Shown: positions 49,501 through 59,004 of the stretch, piece after piece
Numbering within the stretch: the stretch's first letter is position 1
How the letters are laid out: every line of letters starts with the position of its first letter
From: an uncultured Arcobacteraceae bacterium
GTDB taxonomy: Bacteria; Campylobacterota; Campylobacteria; Campylobacterales; Arcobacteraceae
Direction of reading: 5' to 3'
Assembly: GCA_964022095.1 (NCBI GenBank)
Contig: CAXHZO010000003.1
Location: 160,001 to 224,000, forward strand
DNA length: 64,000 nt
Position numbers and translations under genes: made by a program
Notes under the pieces: model-generated
What the model was told of the DNA's origin: nothing
Databases searched by the model: none
What the model saw: only the letters and a program-made list of their open reading frames with translations

Positions 49501-52500
49501 AGTAATTATAAATGATAATGGAACAATTGATTATACTCCAAATTCAAATTTTAATGGAGTTGATACAATAAGTGTAACAGTAACTGATGATAAAGGTGCA
49601 AGTGTTACAAAAACTTCAACAATAAATGTTCAACCAGTAAATGATACCCCAATAATAGATACAGTAACTTCAAATGATATAGAAGAAGAAAGTGTTGACT
49701 TGAGCACTATTATTGGAAAAGTAAATGTAAGTGATAATGATGTAAATACAACATTGATTTATACTATAAATGATGCAAATAATTATGTTCAAGTTGATGA
49801 TGAAGGAAATGTAACATTAACTCAAGAAGGTATAGATGCTATTAATTTAGATACATCTTCACCAGATTTAGAAGATTTTACATACACTGTGTCAGTTAGT
49901 GATGGTATTGAAAGTGTAACAACTGCAACTCAAAAAATTGATATTACTAGAGTAAATGATGAAGCACCTATATTTAGTACAAATATTGGAAATGACATTA
50001 CAGAAAATTCATTAAACACATCTACTGTAGTAGCAACTTTTAGTGCAAATGATAATGACGATGGTGATAGTTTAATATATGCAATAAAAACAGGAAATGA
50101 ATTAGGATACTTTAATATAAATAGTGCAACAGGAGATGTAACATTAACTCAAGATGGAGTTGATGCTATTAATTCTGATGTGGGAGTTGATTTAATAAAA
50201 CTTCAAATAGTAGTTGAAGTAACTGATGGAAATAATCATAAGACTGATTCTTTACTAACTGATATTAATATTACAAGAGTAAATGATAATGCTCCAATAG
50301 TTGTTGTAGATGCAACAAGTGTAGATGAAGACTCAACTGTAAGTGTTGATGTTTTAGCAAATGATAGTGACTTAGATGATGGAAATACTTTAACTTTAAC
50401 AAGTGTTAGTTCATCAAAAGGTGAAACAAGTATAGTTGACAATAAATTAGTATTTGATACGGCAAATGACTTTGAATCATTAGGAGATAATCAAAGTGAA
50501 GATGTAGATGTAACATATACTGTAAGTGATGGGATATTAACATCAACATCAACAGCAACTATTAGTGTTAATGGAGTAAATGATGCCCCAACTGCAGTTG
50601 ATGATTTAAAAGAAACTTTAGATTATGGTGTATTGAATAATGGTGTTACTGGTACTGATAATGCAACTGGAATCGGTTACATTATGTATTCCCAAGAAAA
50701 TGTTTTTGATAGATTTTCAAGTATTTATAATGGAAATGCGCAGCATTTAGTTTCCGTAAAATTTATGGATGCTAAGTGGTACTATGACACAAATAGTAAG
50801 TATGTTGAATTTACTCCAGTTACTACAGATCGTTTATTAGCCCAATTAGACTTTACAAATGATACAGCAAATGAACTATCAGGTATTAGTAATCCTAGTT
50901 ATCAAATTGAGGGAATTAATGCTGGTTATTTTGATGGAGATTTTAAAGTTACTCCAAATATTTGGGCTGGAGCTTCTAATGCTGGAGAATTTGCAATTAG
51001 TGGAGCTATTAATATTGGAAGTTTAACAAATCCACTGCTTACAGCTGAAGATACAGCAATAACAATTTTTGCTAGCGATTTATTGTCAAATGATATAGAT
51101 CCAGATACAAATGATACATTAAATTTAATCAGTGTATCCCACCCTACAAATGGAACAGTAAGTATTGATTTAAATGGAGATGTTTTATTTACTCCTACTT
51201 CAAATTTTAGCGGAAATGCTACCTTTGAATATACAATTAGTGATGGAAATGGTGAAACAAGCACAGCAGCTGTAACAGTGAGTGTAACTGAAGATGGATA
51301 TACACTAATACCAACTATTGATTTAATTGATTCTAGTGATACGGGAAGTTCTAATAATGATGATATTACAAGTGATACAACTCCTACCTTTGAAGGAACT
51401 ACTGAACCAAATGCAACTGTAAAAATCTATGATGAATCAAATAATATTATAGGTCAAAGTACAGCAGATTCAAGTGGAAATTATACTATTACAACATCTG
51501 CTTTAAGTGATGGAACTCAAACACTTACTGTTAGAGTAAGTGATAGTTCAAGTAATGAAGAATCAACTACTCAAGTAATTACAATAGATACCGCAATTTC
51601 ATTAAGTGTTTCAAATATTCAAAATATAAGAGAAGATGTAAATGATGGTGGTACTATTGATACTACTGCACCAGATATCAATGCTGGAACAGCGCAACAA
51701 GTTGTTGCAACACTAAGTAGTGATACAGATGTGACATATGGTATTGATAATTCAAAATTTGAAGTTATTGGAAATGAAGTAAGAGTAAAAGATGGTTCAA
51801 TTTTTGATTATGAAACATCTACAAGTGAGAGTATTAAAATTACTGTAACTGATAAAGCAGGGAATACTACAGATAGCACATTTAGTGTAAATATTACAGA
51901 TTATGAAGGTTCATATACTTCAACAACAACTAGTAAAATAACTGGAACTAGTGAAGAAGATACCCTAAGTGGAAATGATGAAAAAAATAAGTTTAAGTCA
52001 AGTTTAGGTGCTGATAGTATGGATGGTGGTTCAAATAATGATGCTTTATATTATGATAATTCAGATGAAGCAGTAAACTTAAATTTAAATACAAATATAA
52101 ATACAGGTGGAACAGCCCAAGGCGATACTATTTTTAATATAGAACAATATTATTTATCAGACTATAATGATGAAATAATAGCAGATGATAATACAGATAC
52201 TTTTTATTTAGGTGATGGGGATGATACTATTTATGGAAATGGTGGGAATGATTATATTTATGGTGGAGAAGGAGCAGATTATATAGATGGGGGAGAATCT
52301 TCAAAAGATAGAGATACTTCTTTTTACACTGACTCACTTGAAGGCGTTACTGTAAATTTATTAACAAATATAAACACAGGTGGAACAGCTCAAGGTGATA
52401 CATTAGTAAATATTGAAAGAATCCAAGGTAGTAATTACAGTGATAATATTACAGGGGATAATGAAAATAATATACTTTATGGTAATGACGGTGATGATAT

Positions 52501-55500
52501 TATAAATGCTAAAGGTGGAACTGATACTATAATAGGTGGAAGTGGTAATGATACAGCACTATTTGATGGAAATAAAGCTGATTATACTATCTCTTATGAT
52601 TCCACAAAGACAAGATATATTATTACAAATATAAATACATCTGATAAAACTTATGTATCTGATGATGTCGAAAATATTGTTTTTGCTGATGGAAGTTTTA
52701 CTCAAGAAGATTTAATTTTAGAAGGTACTAATGATAGTGATTTTTTCATGGACGAAAATACTGCATTGACTATTACTCCAAGTGAAATTTTGAGAAATGA
52801 TACAGATGAAGATATTTCAAATCTGACGATTGTTTCAGTTGATAATTCGTCAAATGGAACAGTTGTTTTAAATGGACAAGATATTGAATTCACTCCTGCT
52901 ACTGATTTTTATGGTGAAGCTACATTTACTTATTCTGTAAGTGATGGAAATGATATTGATACAGTTACTGTAACAGTTGATGTTAATAATATTCCCAAAG
53001 CAAATGAAGATATTCCTCAGTCTGAACATACAATAGAAATATGTTCAATAGGAAATGATAATCCAGAGATCTCATCATCAATTAGAGGTGTTAAAATAGA
53101 TGGTAGTAGTGTTCCTATAGTTAATCAAAGAGGTTTAACAATAACTGTTTTAGATGATGATTTAAATATTGTTTTAAACGAAAGGTTCGATACTTATTCA
53201 TCTTTAGATGATTCGAATTTACTAGCAACTAAAATAGAAGAAATAAAAGCTATGGATTTAAGTCTTAAAGTTATTTTCACAACTTCTGATGAATGGACAA
53301 AAAATTTAAATCAAAATGCAAAAGATGCTTTAATTTCTATTGGAGCAAATAGTGAGATATTAAATAGTATTCAAATGACATCTAATGATGTAACTTATCG
53401 AAGTGCATATGCTTTAGTCGTAGATAAAGTTGAAGATAATTATTATAATAGTTTCGAAGAGTTTAGCTATAGGTATGGAGAGTCAATTAATCATACTATA
53501 GAAATTGGAAGTTTAATTACTACAGAGGATAAAGTATTCTATTTTGATATTGATACATTATTAAATAATGATACAGACTTTGACAATGATACAATTTCAT
53601 TAGTATCAATTGAAAACCCAACTTATAATAATATTCAAGCAGGAACTTTTGAAATAGTTGAAATAAATGGTATATCAAAAATTAAGTTTATCCCAAATGA
53701 CAATTTAGATTTCTTAGGAAATAACGAATCAATAAATATTGATTTTAGCTATACAATAAAAGATAGTCATAATTCGCAAGATAGTATTACAAGTTCATTG
53801 AAAATAAATGGGGTAAATGATAGTGTTGAGTTTCTTGATTCAAGTTTAGAATATCTAAACTTTAATGGAAGTACAGTTTATGAGACAAGTGAAGTAACAC
53901 AACAAGTAAGAACCGATGAATTAATACAAGTTGATACATCAAAAACATATAAACTTTCATTTGATGTTACAGCAGGTGATGAAAATGGAAACTATAATCC
54001 AACAAATAATCAATACTTTGGAATAGTTTGTTATGATATTGATGGAAATGAGATAAGATATCAAGACTCAGAACACTATGGTACCGGTTCTTATTTAACT
54101 CAAGATTTAAATATAGGTGATACAAAAATATATATTCAAGATGCTTCTGATTGGTATAATGGAACAGTTAGTGGTTGGAGTGGATTAAAATGGTATGGCT
54201 ATGAAAACAGTAATGGTATCACTTATGATGATTTTACTTACTCTCGAAATCATGAAGTAGGATTATGGGATGAAAATTCAATTATTCAATTAGAAGATGG
54301 AACCTATGAAATTACTTTAAATGAGCCTTGGAATAATGATACTTTAAGTGCTGGTGATCCAGTTGCTAATGCTAGACTTGGAATGATATTCACATATTCA
54401 AACCTAGTTAGTGATACCATTAATAGTGGAACAAGTCATGATGAATCTTTTATATCAGATTTCCATAAATATAATGGTTTTAGGCATGGTACAGAGTTTA
54501 TAAAGGTTGCAGGTTTAGTTAATTGGGACGATGTAAATGAAGTAGATAGTGAAGGTGATATTGAAGGGGGAGTAATAAGTTACTCAAATATTCTTTTTGA
54601 AGAAATAGCTTTAAAAGAAGATTTAAATACCATAGATAACAATTTAACTACAAGTGGAGAACTAAGCTTTTTAGATACTGATATAAACGATACTCACTTA
54701 GTTAGCTATGAAAAAAATCCTCAAACTATTGGAGATTTATCTTTATTGTTTGATGAAACTACAAAAACAATTACTTACAATTACACAGTAGATAATTCAC
54801 TTGTTCAATACTTAAATGAAAGAGAAGTTTTAGATGAAAAGTTTGCTATTAATGTTGAAGATGTAGATTCAAATGGAAATAGATTAGGAACATTTACTTC
54901 AAAAGAATTGATAATTCAAGTTGCAGGAACAAGTGATAAACCTATAGTAGAAAATGTATATCAATATCAAGATGAAGTTATTAGTGGACTTCAAGATATA
55001 CATGGAAATGTTCAATTAAAAGAAGATTTAGATACAAATGATTCTCACAAGTTTTATTTTGAAACACCTAAAGTTATAGTTGATGGAGTTGATGTTACAG
55101 CTGAAATACAAGGTTTAAATTTAACTATAAATCAATATAACGGCTACTATAAAATAGTGGGTGATTTTAATTTTTTAACCAAAGGTCAAACAGCTGACAT
55201 TTCTCTTGATTATTATGTTATAGATAGTGAAGGTTTAAAATCTGATATTAAAACAATTAATGCAGAAATCTCTGGAGTTAACGATGTTGTTAGCATTAAT
55301 GATAATATAACTGATTCTATAATGACATATAAAGGAAATCATACTGTTTTTGTTGACGGAAGTACAACAAAAACAATGTTGAATTTTCAAACTGATGAAT
55401 ATATAACAGTTGATACATCAAAAAGCTATAATTTATCTGCAACTATTATTGCAGGAGATGAAAATGGAAATTATAATTCAACAAATACGCAATATGCTGG

Positions 55501-58297
55501 TATTGCATGTTATGACATAGATAAGAATTTTATTGGTCATCAAAATACAAATCATTATGGAACAGGTTCATATCTAAGTCAAGATTTAAAACAAGGCGAT
55601 ACAAAAATATATGTTCAAGATGCATCAGATTGGTATGATGGTAGTAATAGTGCATATAGAGGAATTGCATATTATGGTTATGAAGATAGTACAGGGTACG
55701 TATATGATGACTTTACATATACAAGAAATGTATTTATGAAAAACTATGATGAAAATTCAATTGTTCAATTAGAAGATGGAACTTATGAAATAACATTAAA
55801 TACCCCATGGAGTGGTGAAAATTTAAATTCTGGTGATGCAATTGCAAATGCCACATATGGTGGTGGATATAATTATAATTTAATATCAGGAAAAACTATA
55901 CCTCAAGGTGAAAATACATACAGTGTTTTAATGACAGGTATTGAATCAAATGATAGAACAGAAGGTTATAATGATGTAGTAGGGTTTAGAAGTGGAACTG
56001 CTTACATAAAAGGCTTAGTTTTAGCAAATTATCAAGATCAGGATGAAGTTGATAGTGAAGGCGATATTGGTGGAGGGGTTATTGAGTATAGTAATATGCA
56101 ATTGCAATTGGCTCTTTTAGAAAACAGTGATAAAGTAGAAAATGGAATTTTAACTCTTGATGGAAATGTTGAGTTTATTGATTTAGATGATGTTGAAAAT
56201 AAGATCTCTTATACAAAAGAGAGTGGTACTTTAGGTGAGCTTATTTTAGATTTAGATTCACAAAATAGTCAAATAAATTATAGATATGAAATAGATGAGT
56301 CTTTAGTTGATTATTTATCTCAAGATGAAACAAAAGAAGAGAAGTTTTATATTAAAATTGAAGATGTAGATGCACAAGGTAATTTATTGGGTACTTACAG
56401 TCAAAAAGAAATTAGTATTTTAATAAAAGGTGAAGATGATAACTTTGTAACATCAATTGATGGTAGAAGTTCAACAGCTAATTATATAAAAAATGAAGAA
56501 TCTATTTTTGCTGGAGCTACATCATTTAATATTGAAATGACAATAAATTCAAATATAAATGAAACTTCTGCTTTATTAAGTTATTCTGTTCCTTCTCAAA
56601 ATAATGAGTTACTAATATTTACAACTGCATCAGGAGTAATAAACTTTTATTTTGGAGGAAGTAATAAAGTATTAGGAACAACAAATATTTTAGATGGTAA
56701 TAAGCATGATATAAGACTTACTTGGGAAAGTAGTACTGGTATTACAAAACTTTACATTGATGGAGTATTAGATACTGAAGAAATATATAAACAGAATTAT
56801 ACGGTTTCAAGTGATGAAGGAGTTTTAGTTTTAGGGCAAGAACAAGACTCAAATGGCGCAGGATTTGTATCATCACAAGCATTTAGCGGTGAATACTCAG
56901 ATATATCAATTATTGCAAATAGTGAATTAAAAGCACAATGGAAAATGGATTATATTTCTGAGAATGGATTTATTCTTGATCAAACAGATAATAATCATGA
57001 TTTATTGATAAATGGTGATGTAGAAATTATTAAAACAACTTCAGGTAGCGCAAGTGATGGATATATTTTAGGTGCTACTGTATTTGCTGATGAAAATGAA
57101 AATGGTATATTCGATGAAGGTGAATCATATGATACTACAAATATTTTTGGGGATTATGAACTATCTAGCAGTAAGGGAACATTAACTTTAATAGGTGGAG
57201 TTGATATTTCTACAAATAGTATGTTTAATACTGTTATGACTGCACCTGAAGGTTCAATTATGATTACTCCATTTACTTCTATTATTGATAAGATGTTAAA
57301 GCTTGAGGAGAGTTTATCTTTAGATGAATCAAATAATAAATTACTAGATGTATTAAATTTAGATACACATATAGATTTATTAACTTTAGATTCTTTAGAT
57401 GATGAAAGTGATTTAGGTTTAGCTACTCAAAAAATTGCACTTATGATTTTAAGTATGAATTCATTTGCTGAGCTATTTAGTGATGAAAATGGCTTTGAAT
57501 TATTAGCATTAGAAGCAATTACAAATACTCAGTTTGATTTTACAAATGAATTATGGATATCAAATGTAATAAACAGTAATAATGAAACAATTATAAATAC
57601 AATAATCAGTATAAATGAAGCTATGTTAAACGCTCAAACACTAGAAGAATTAGTTCAAGTACAAATTGAAGCAGGTGATATTTATGCAGATATTAAAAAT
57701 GGAATAATAGTTGATTATTCATCTTCTGAAATTAATACTTTATCTAAAGAAAATAGTGTCGGGTTAATTACAAAAGAAGACATTAATGAAATAATTGAAG
57801 ATATAGAAGTTTCAATTACATCTTATAAAATTTTAGGAAATGAATTAGAGTTTAGTGCTGGAGAATCTGTAAGTTTAAATGAAGGAGAATTTACACTTTT
57901 TGAAAATGGAGAATATTCATTTACACCAATTTCTGAAACATTTGTGGGCTCACTACCTCAAATAACATACATGACTAATGTTGGAGTAAAAGAGAGCTTT
58001 ATTCCTAGTTATTTAGAGTCACTATTTACAGAAGTTGAAACTAAAAACTATATAACTGAAACTACCCACACTGATATTATTTCATTGGATTTAAGTGAAC
58101 TTATTAGTGATAATAGCTCACTTGATGCATTATTAAATTATGCAAATAATCTTGATGATAAAAAAGATTCCGAAGATACACAAATTATTAATAATAGTAA
58201 AAATTATCAAATAGTTGAAGGAGATATTATAGAAAATTTTGCTAAATTAAATGAGAATATAAACGATTTAATTCAAATTGATATAGATATGTTCTAA
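46514..58297 (+). CDS. Giant repetitive surface adhesin (VCBS/cadherin-like/Ig repeats, RTX-like Ca-binding repeats, several lectin-like domains)
   Basis: 3927 aa, acidic; many (I/V)xGxNDxP-ended repeats; GGxGxD nonapeptides near 52000-52600; pentraxin-like LGQEQDS motif. Confidence 0.88.
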   Translation: MAKFFELNVKQSNVDFRDLKSNEILDLKSILNLIQNYKLKNKKIIVYENSVYTIVEVLNLLQETETFKNQNFAEILLKVEEQEVPQKKDDFVQKDLVNDNLTILEQLYKKGMIEKNQLKKQKTLIDEDTQDSTDFIPYKTTISGLFVRNITEDEIISEKITIYNSLGEKLNFIDESINGSFGYLKVSSNKWIYTLEDEIQKLNDGDKLVENFIIELEDGTKQNIEISIIGVNDYPFIENTNLVLVEDSMINGQINYFDVDSSVEILYDGSIEGLQINKDGSYTFNSDAYDFLSKDKSLFLKTTVQIIDEQGATEKSDFNISITGTNDYPTIDIQSSISTIEDKTVSVAFSTSDIDGLIVSTYASALNGKTILNGNELIYIPNDDFNGIDTITLNAKDDSGAITQKEILVDIKAINDKPKTSLIEGYDKFLDESELNDFLGVSNSLLIISHEEILSKSKIIDVDSNNFEITLNPEDITFTKDGMDYSFVNTTMGVKQVDLLFKMMNPDVQAQIGDFLVYNTSFDSLNTGDEVDVKFYINIYDGEDYSEKLPVEFKVIGSNDAPVIDEISVINVNEDEQSQNFKVTGSDIDTDSSFLFSIDESVDGLSFDENGNASFDPTHPTYQYLNEGELKTITIPVSITDENAATNSTYLTINILGTNDEPKIENKLLSVNEGDIVVNGYLAGVDADTSAVLTYTTTSVVAGFVLNSNGTYSLDLNEYRYLSLDEELNLDIPILVTDDNSATNSSTLSVKIIGTNEVPSIKFITELAINEDDSIASGQIISEDIDKDAILTCSTNSLVEGFTLEENGTYTFDASSYQYLVENEILVLTIPVTLSDENNATTSDNITIQITGRNDIPVITSIEQKNLFEDDLILNGQIIGNDADDGAVLTYSTTASLSGFTFNSDGSYSFDPSLSDYQSLSSDDTLTFSIPITLTDDKGTSTTEDFVIKLTGTNDYPILTLDSSISTLEDTTTRVNYSASDIDSNIGIVGSALNGVVIINDNGTIDYTPNSNFNGVDTISVTVTDDKGASVTKTSTINVQPVNDTPIIDTVTSNDIEEESVDLSTIIGKVNVSDNDVNTTLIYTINDANNYVQVDDEGNVTLTQEGIDAINLDTSSPDLEDFTYTVSVSDGIESVTTATQKIDITRVNDEAPIFSTNIGNDITENSLNTSTVVATFSANDNDDGDSLIYAIKTGNELGYFNINSATGDVTLTQDGVDAINSDVGVDLIKLQIVVEVTDGNNHKTDSLLTDINITRVNDNAPIVVVDATSVDEDSTVSVDVLANDSDLDDGNTLTLTSVSSSKGETSIVDNKLVFDTANDFESLGDNQSEDVDVTYTVSDGILTSTSTATISVNGVNDAPTAVDDLKETLDYGVLNNGVTGTDNATGIGYIMYSQENVFDRFSSIYNGNAQHLVSVKFMDAKWYYDTNSKYVEFTPVTTDRLLAQLDFTNDTANELSGISNPSYQIEGINAGYFDGDFKVTPNIWAGASNAGEFAISGAINIGSLTNPLLTAEDTAITIFASDLLSNDIDPDTNDTLNLISVSHPTNGTVSIDLNGDVLFTPTSNFSGNATFEYTISDGNGETSTAAVTVSVTEDGYTLIPTIDLIDSSDTGSSNNDDITSDTTPTFEGTTEPNATVKIYDESNNIIGQSTADSSGNYTITTSALSDGTQTLTVRVSDSSSNEESTTQVITIDTAISLSVSNIQNIREDVNDGGTIDTTAPDINAGTAQQVVATLSSDTDVTYGIDNSKFEVIGNEVRVKDGSIFDYETSTSESIKITVTDKAGNTTDSTFSVNITDYEGSYTSTTTSKITGTSEEDTLSGNDEKNKFKSSLGADSMDGGSNNDALYYDNSDEAVNLNLNTNINTGGTAQGDTIFNIEQYYLSDYNDEIIADDNTDTFYLGDGDDTIYGNGGNDYIYGGEGADYIDGGESSKDRDTSFYTDSLEGVTVNLLTNINTGGTAQGDTLVNIERIQGSNYSDNITGDNENNILYGNDGDDIINAKGGTDTIIGGSGNDTALFDGNKADYTISYDSTKTRYIITNINTSDKTYVSDDVENIVFADGSFTQEDLILEGTNDSDFFMDENTALTITPSEILRNDTDEDISNLTIVSVDNSSNGTVVLNGQDIEFTPATDFYGEATFTYSVSDGNDIDTVTVTVDVNNIPKANEDIPQSEHTIEICSIGNDNPEISSSIRGVKIDGSSVPIVNQRGLTITVLDDDLNIVLNERFDTYSSLDDSNLLATKIEEIKAMDLSLKVIFTTSDEWTKNLNQNAKDALISIGANSEILNSIQMTSNDVTYRSAYALVVDKVEDNYYNSFEEFSYRYGESINHTIEIGSLITTEDKVFYFDIDTLLNNDTDFDNDTISLVSIENPTYNNIQAGTFEIVEINGISKIKFIPNDNLDFLGNNESINIDFSYTIKDSHNSQDSITSSLKINGVNDSVEFLDSSLEYLNFNGSTVYETSEVTQQVRTDELIQVDTSKTYKLSFDVTAGDENGNYNPTNNQYFGIVCYDIDGNEIRYQDSEHYGTGSYLTQDLNIGDTKIYIQDASDWYNGTVSGWSGLKWYGYENSNGITYDDFTYSRNHEVGLWDENSIIQLEDGTYEITLNEPWNNDTLSAGDPVANARLGMIFTYSNLVSDTINSGTSHDESFISDFHKYNGFRHGTEFIKVAGLVNWDDVNEVDSEGDIEGGVISYSNILFEEIALKEDLNTIDNNLTTSGELSFLDTDINDTHLVSYEKNPQTIGDLSLLFDETTKTITYNYTVDNSLVQYLNEREVLDEKFAINVEDVDSNGNRLGTFTSKELIIQVAGTSDKPIVENVYQYQDEVISGLQDIHGNVQLKEDLDTNDSHKFYFETPKVIVDGVDVTAEIQGLNLTINQYNGYYKIVGDFNFLTKGQTADISLDYYVIDSEGLKSDIKTINAEISGVNDVVSINDNITDSIMTYKGNHTVFVDGSTTKTMLNFQTDEYITVDTSKSYNLSATIIAGDENGNYNSTNTQYAGIACYDIDKNFIGHQNTNHYGTGSYLSQDLKQGDTKIYVQDASDWYDGSNSAYRGIAYYGYEDSTGYVYDDFTYTRNVFMKNYDENSIVQLEDGTYEITLNTPWSGENLNSGDAIANATYGGGYNYNLISGKTIPQGENTYSVLMTGIESNDRTEGYNDVVGFRSGTAYIKGLVLANYQDQDEVDSEGDIGGGVIEYSNMQLQLALLENSDKVENGILTLDGNVEFIDLDDVENKISYTKESGTLGELILDLDSQNSQINYRYEIDESLVDYLSQDETKEEKFYIKIEDVDAQGNLLGTYSQKEISILIKGEDDNFVTSIDGRSSTANYIKNEESIFAGATSFNIEMTINSNINETSALLSYSVPSQNNELLIFTTASGVINFYFGGSNKVLGTTNILDGNKHDIRLTWESSTGITKLYIDGVLDTEEIYKQNYTVSSDEGVLVLGQEQDSNGAGFVSSQAFSGEYSDISIIANSELKAQWKMDYISENGFILDQTDNNHDLLINGDVEIIKTTSGSASDGYILGATVFADENENGIFDEGESYDTTNIFGDYELSSSKGTLTLIGGVDISTNSMFNTVMTAPEGSIMITPFTSIIDKMLKLEESLSLDESNNKLLDVLNLDTHIDLLTLDSLDDESDLGLATQKIALMILSMNSFAELFSDENGFELLALEAITNTQFDFTNELWISNVINSNNETIINTIISINEAMLNAQTLEELVQVQIEAGDIYADIKNGIIVDYSSSEINTLSKENSVGLITKEDINEIIEDIEVSITSYKILGNELEFSAGESVSLNEGEFTLFENGEYSFTPISETFVGSLPQITYMTNVGVKESFIPSYLESLFTEVETKNYITETTHTDIISLDLSELISDNSSLDALLNYANNLDDKKDSEDTQIINNSKNYQIVEGDIIENFAKLNENINDLIQIDIDMF
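53900..56440 (+). repeat. Intragenic duplication of a ~340-aa module (copies about 53900-54930 and 55380-56440)
   Basis: Shared peptides TDE.I.VDTSK.Y.LS, AGDENGNYN, CYDID, HYGTGSYL.QDL..GDTKIY.QDASDWY, YDDFTY.RN, DENSI.QLEDGTYEITLN, EVDSEGDI.GGVI and EKF.I..EDVD..GN.LGT. Confidence 0.9.
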
Positions 58298-58311
58298 TAC
58301 AAAGGAATAGA

Positions 58312-58986
58312 ATGTCTAGAAAACTAAGAATACTTTTAGTTGAAGATGAAAGATTAATAGCTAAGAATTTAAAAGAAATTCTTGAAAAATTAGGGTATGA
58401 AGTAATAGATATACATTCAACTGCTGAGGATGCGTATGAAACGCTATATGATAGTAGTGTAGATTTAGTGATTTCTGATATTGAAATAAAAGGTTTAGTA
58501 GATGGAATTGATGCTTCAAAAATATTTCAAAACCTTTACAACTTACCTATTATTTTTATAACAGCTTATAGTGATAATGAAAAAATCCATAGAGCTTCAA
58601 GACTTGAAAATATGGTTGGCTATTTAGTTAAACCTATAAAGGTTGAAGAGCTTAAAGCTTTAATTGAAATGGCAATTTTAAAATATGATATTTTTGAAAA
58701 AGAAAAAGTTATTCAAATTAATGATGTATATAAATATGATCCAAAATATAAAGAACTTTACAAAAATGATGAAGAAGTAAATTTAACAAGAAATGAAAAA
58801 CTACTTTTATCTATTTTATTAAACAATGAAAGAGTTACAACATATAGTATGATTAATGATGCAATATGGGGAACACAAGAAGTTTCAGATGGAACGAGAA
58901 GACAATTAATTCATAGATTAAAATCTAAATTAGAAAATATAGAAATACTATCTAAAAAAGGCGAGGGTATTTATCTTAAAAGATAG
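58312..58986 (+). CDS. Orphan response regulator (receiver plus winged helix)
   Basis: LLVEDE, ISDIE, FITAYSD and YLVKP motifs; RRQLIHRLKSKL..GEGI. Confidence 0.9.
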   Translation: MSRKLRILLVEDERLIAKNLKEILEKLGYEVIDIHSTAEDAYETLYDSSVDLVISDIEIKGLVDGIDASKIFQNLYNLPIIFITAYSDNEKIHRASRLENMVGYLVKPIKVEELKALIEMAILKYDIFEKEKVIQINDVYKYDPKYKELYKNDEEVNLTRNEKLLLSILLNNERVTTYSMINDAIWGTQEVSDGTRRQLIHRLKSKLENIEILSKKGEGIYLKR

Positions 58987-59003
58987 GCTAAACCTATCTT
59001 TTT
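58978..59003. terminator. Rho-independent terminator
   Basis: AAAAGATAGG-CTAAA-CCTATCTTTTT. Confidence 0.7.
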
Positions 59004-59004
59004 A

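Noticed and set aside
3825-52893. Numerous 60-112-aa ORFs opposite long genes
   Set aside because: All lie antisense to well-supported CDS and show no recognisable motifs.
46514-58297. CRISPR array or DGR template/variable repeats within the adhesin duplications
   Set aside because: The repeats are in-frame domain duplications with mixed substitutions; no reverse transcriptase, cas genes or spacer structure.
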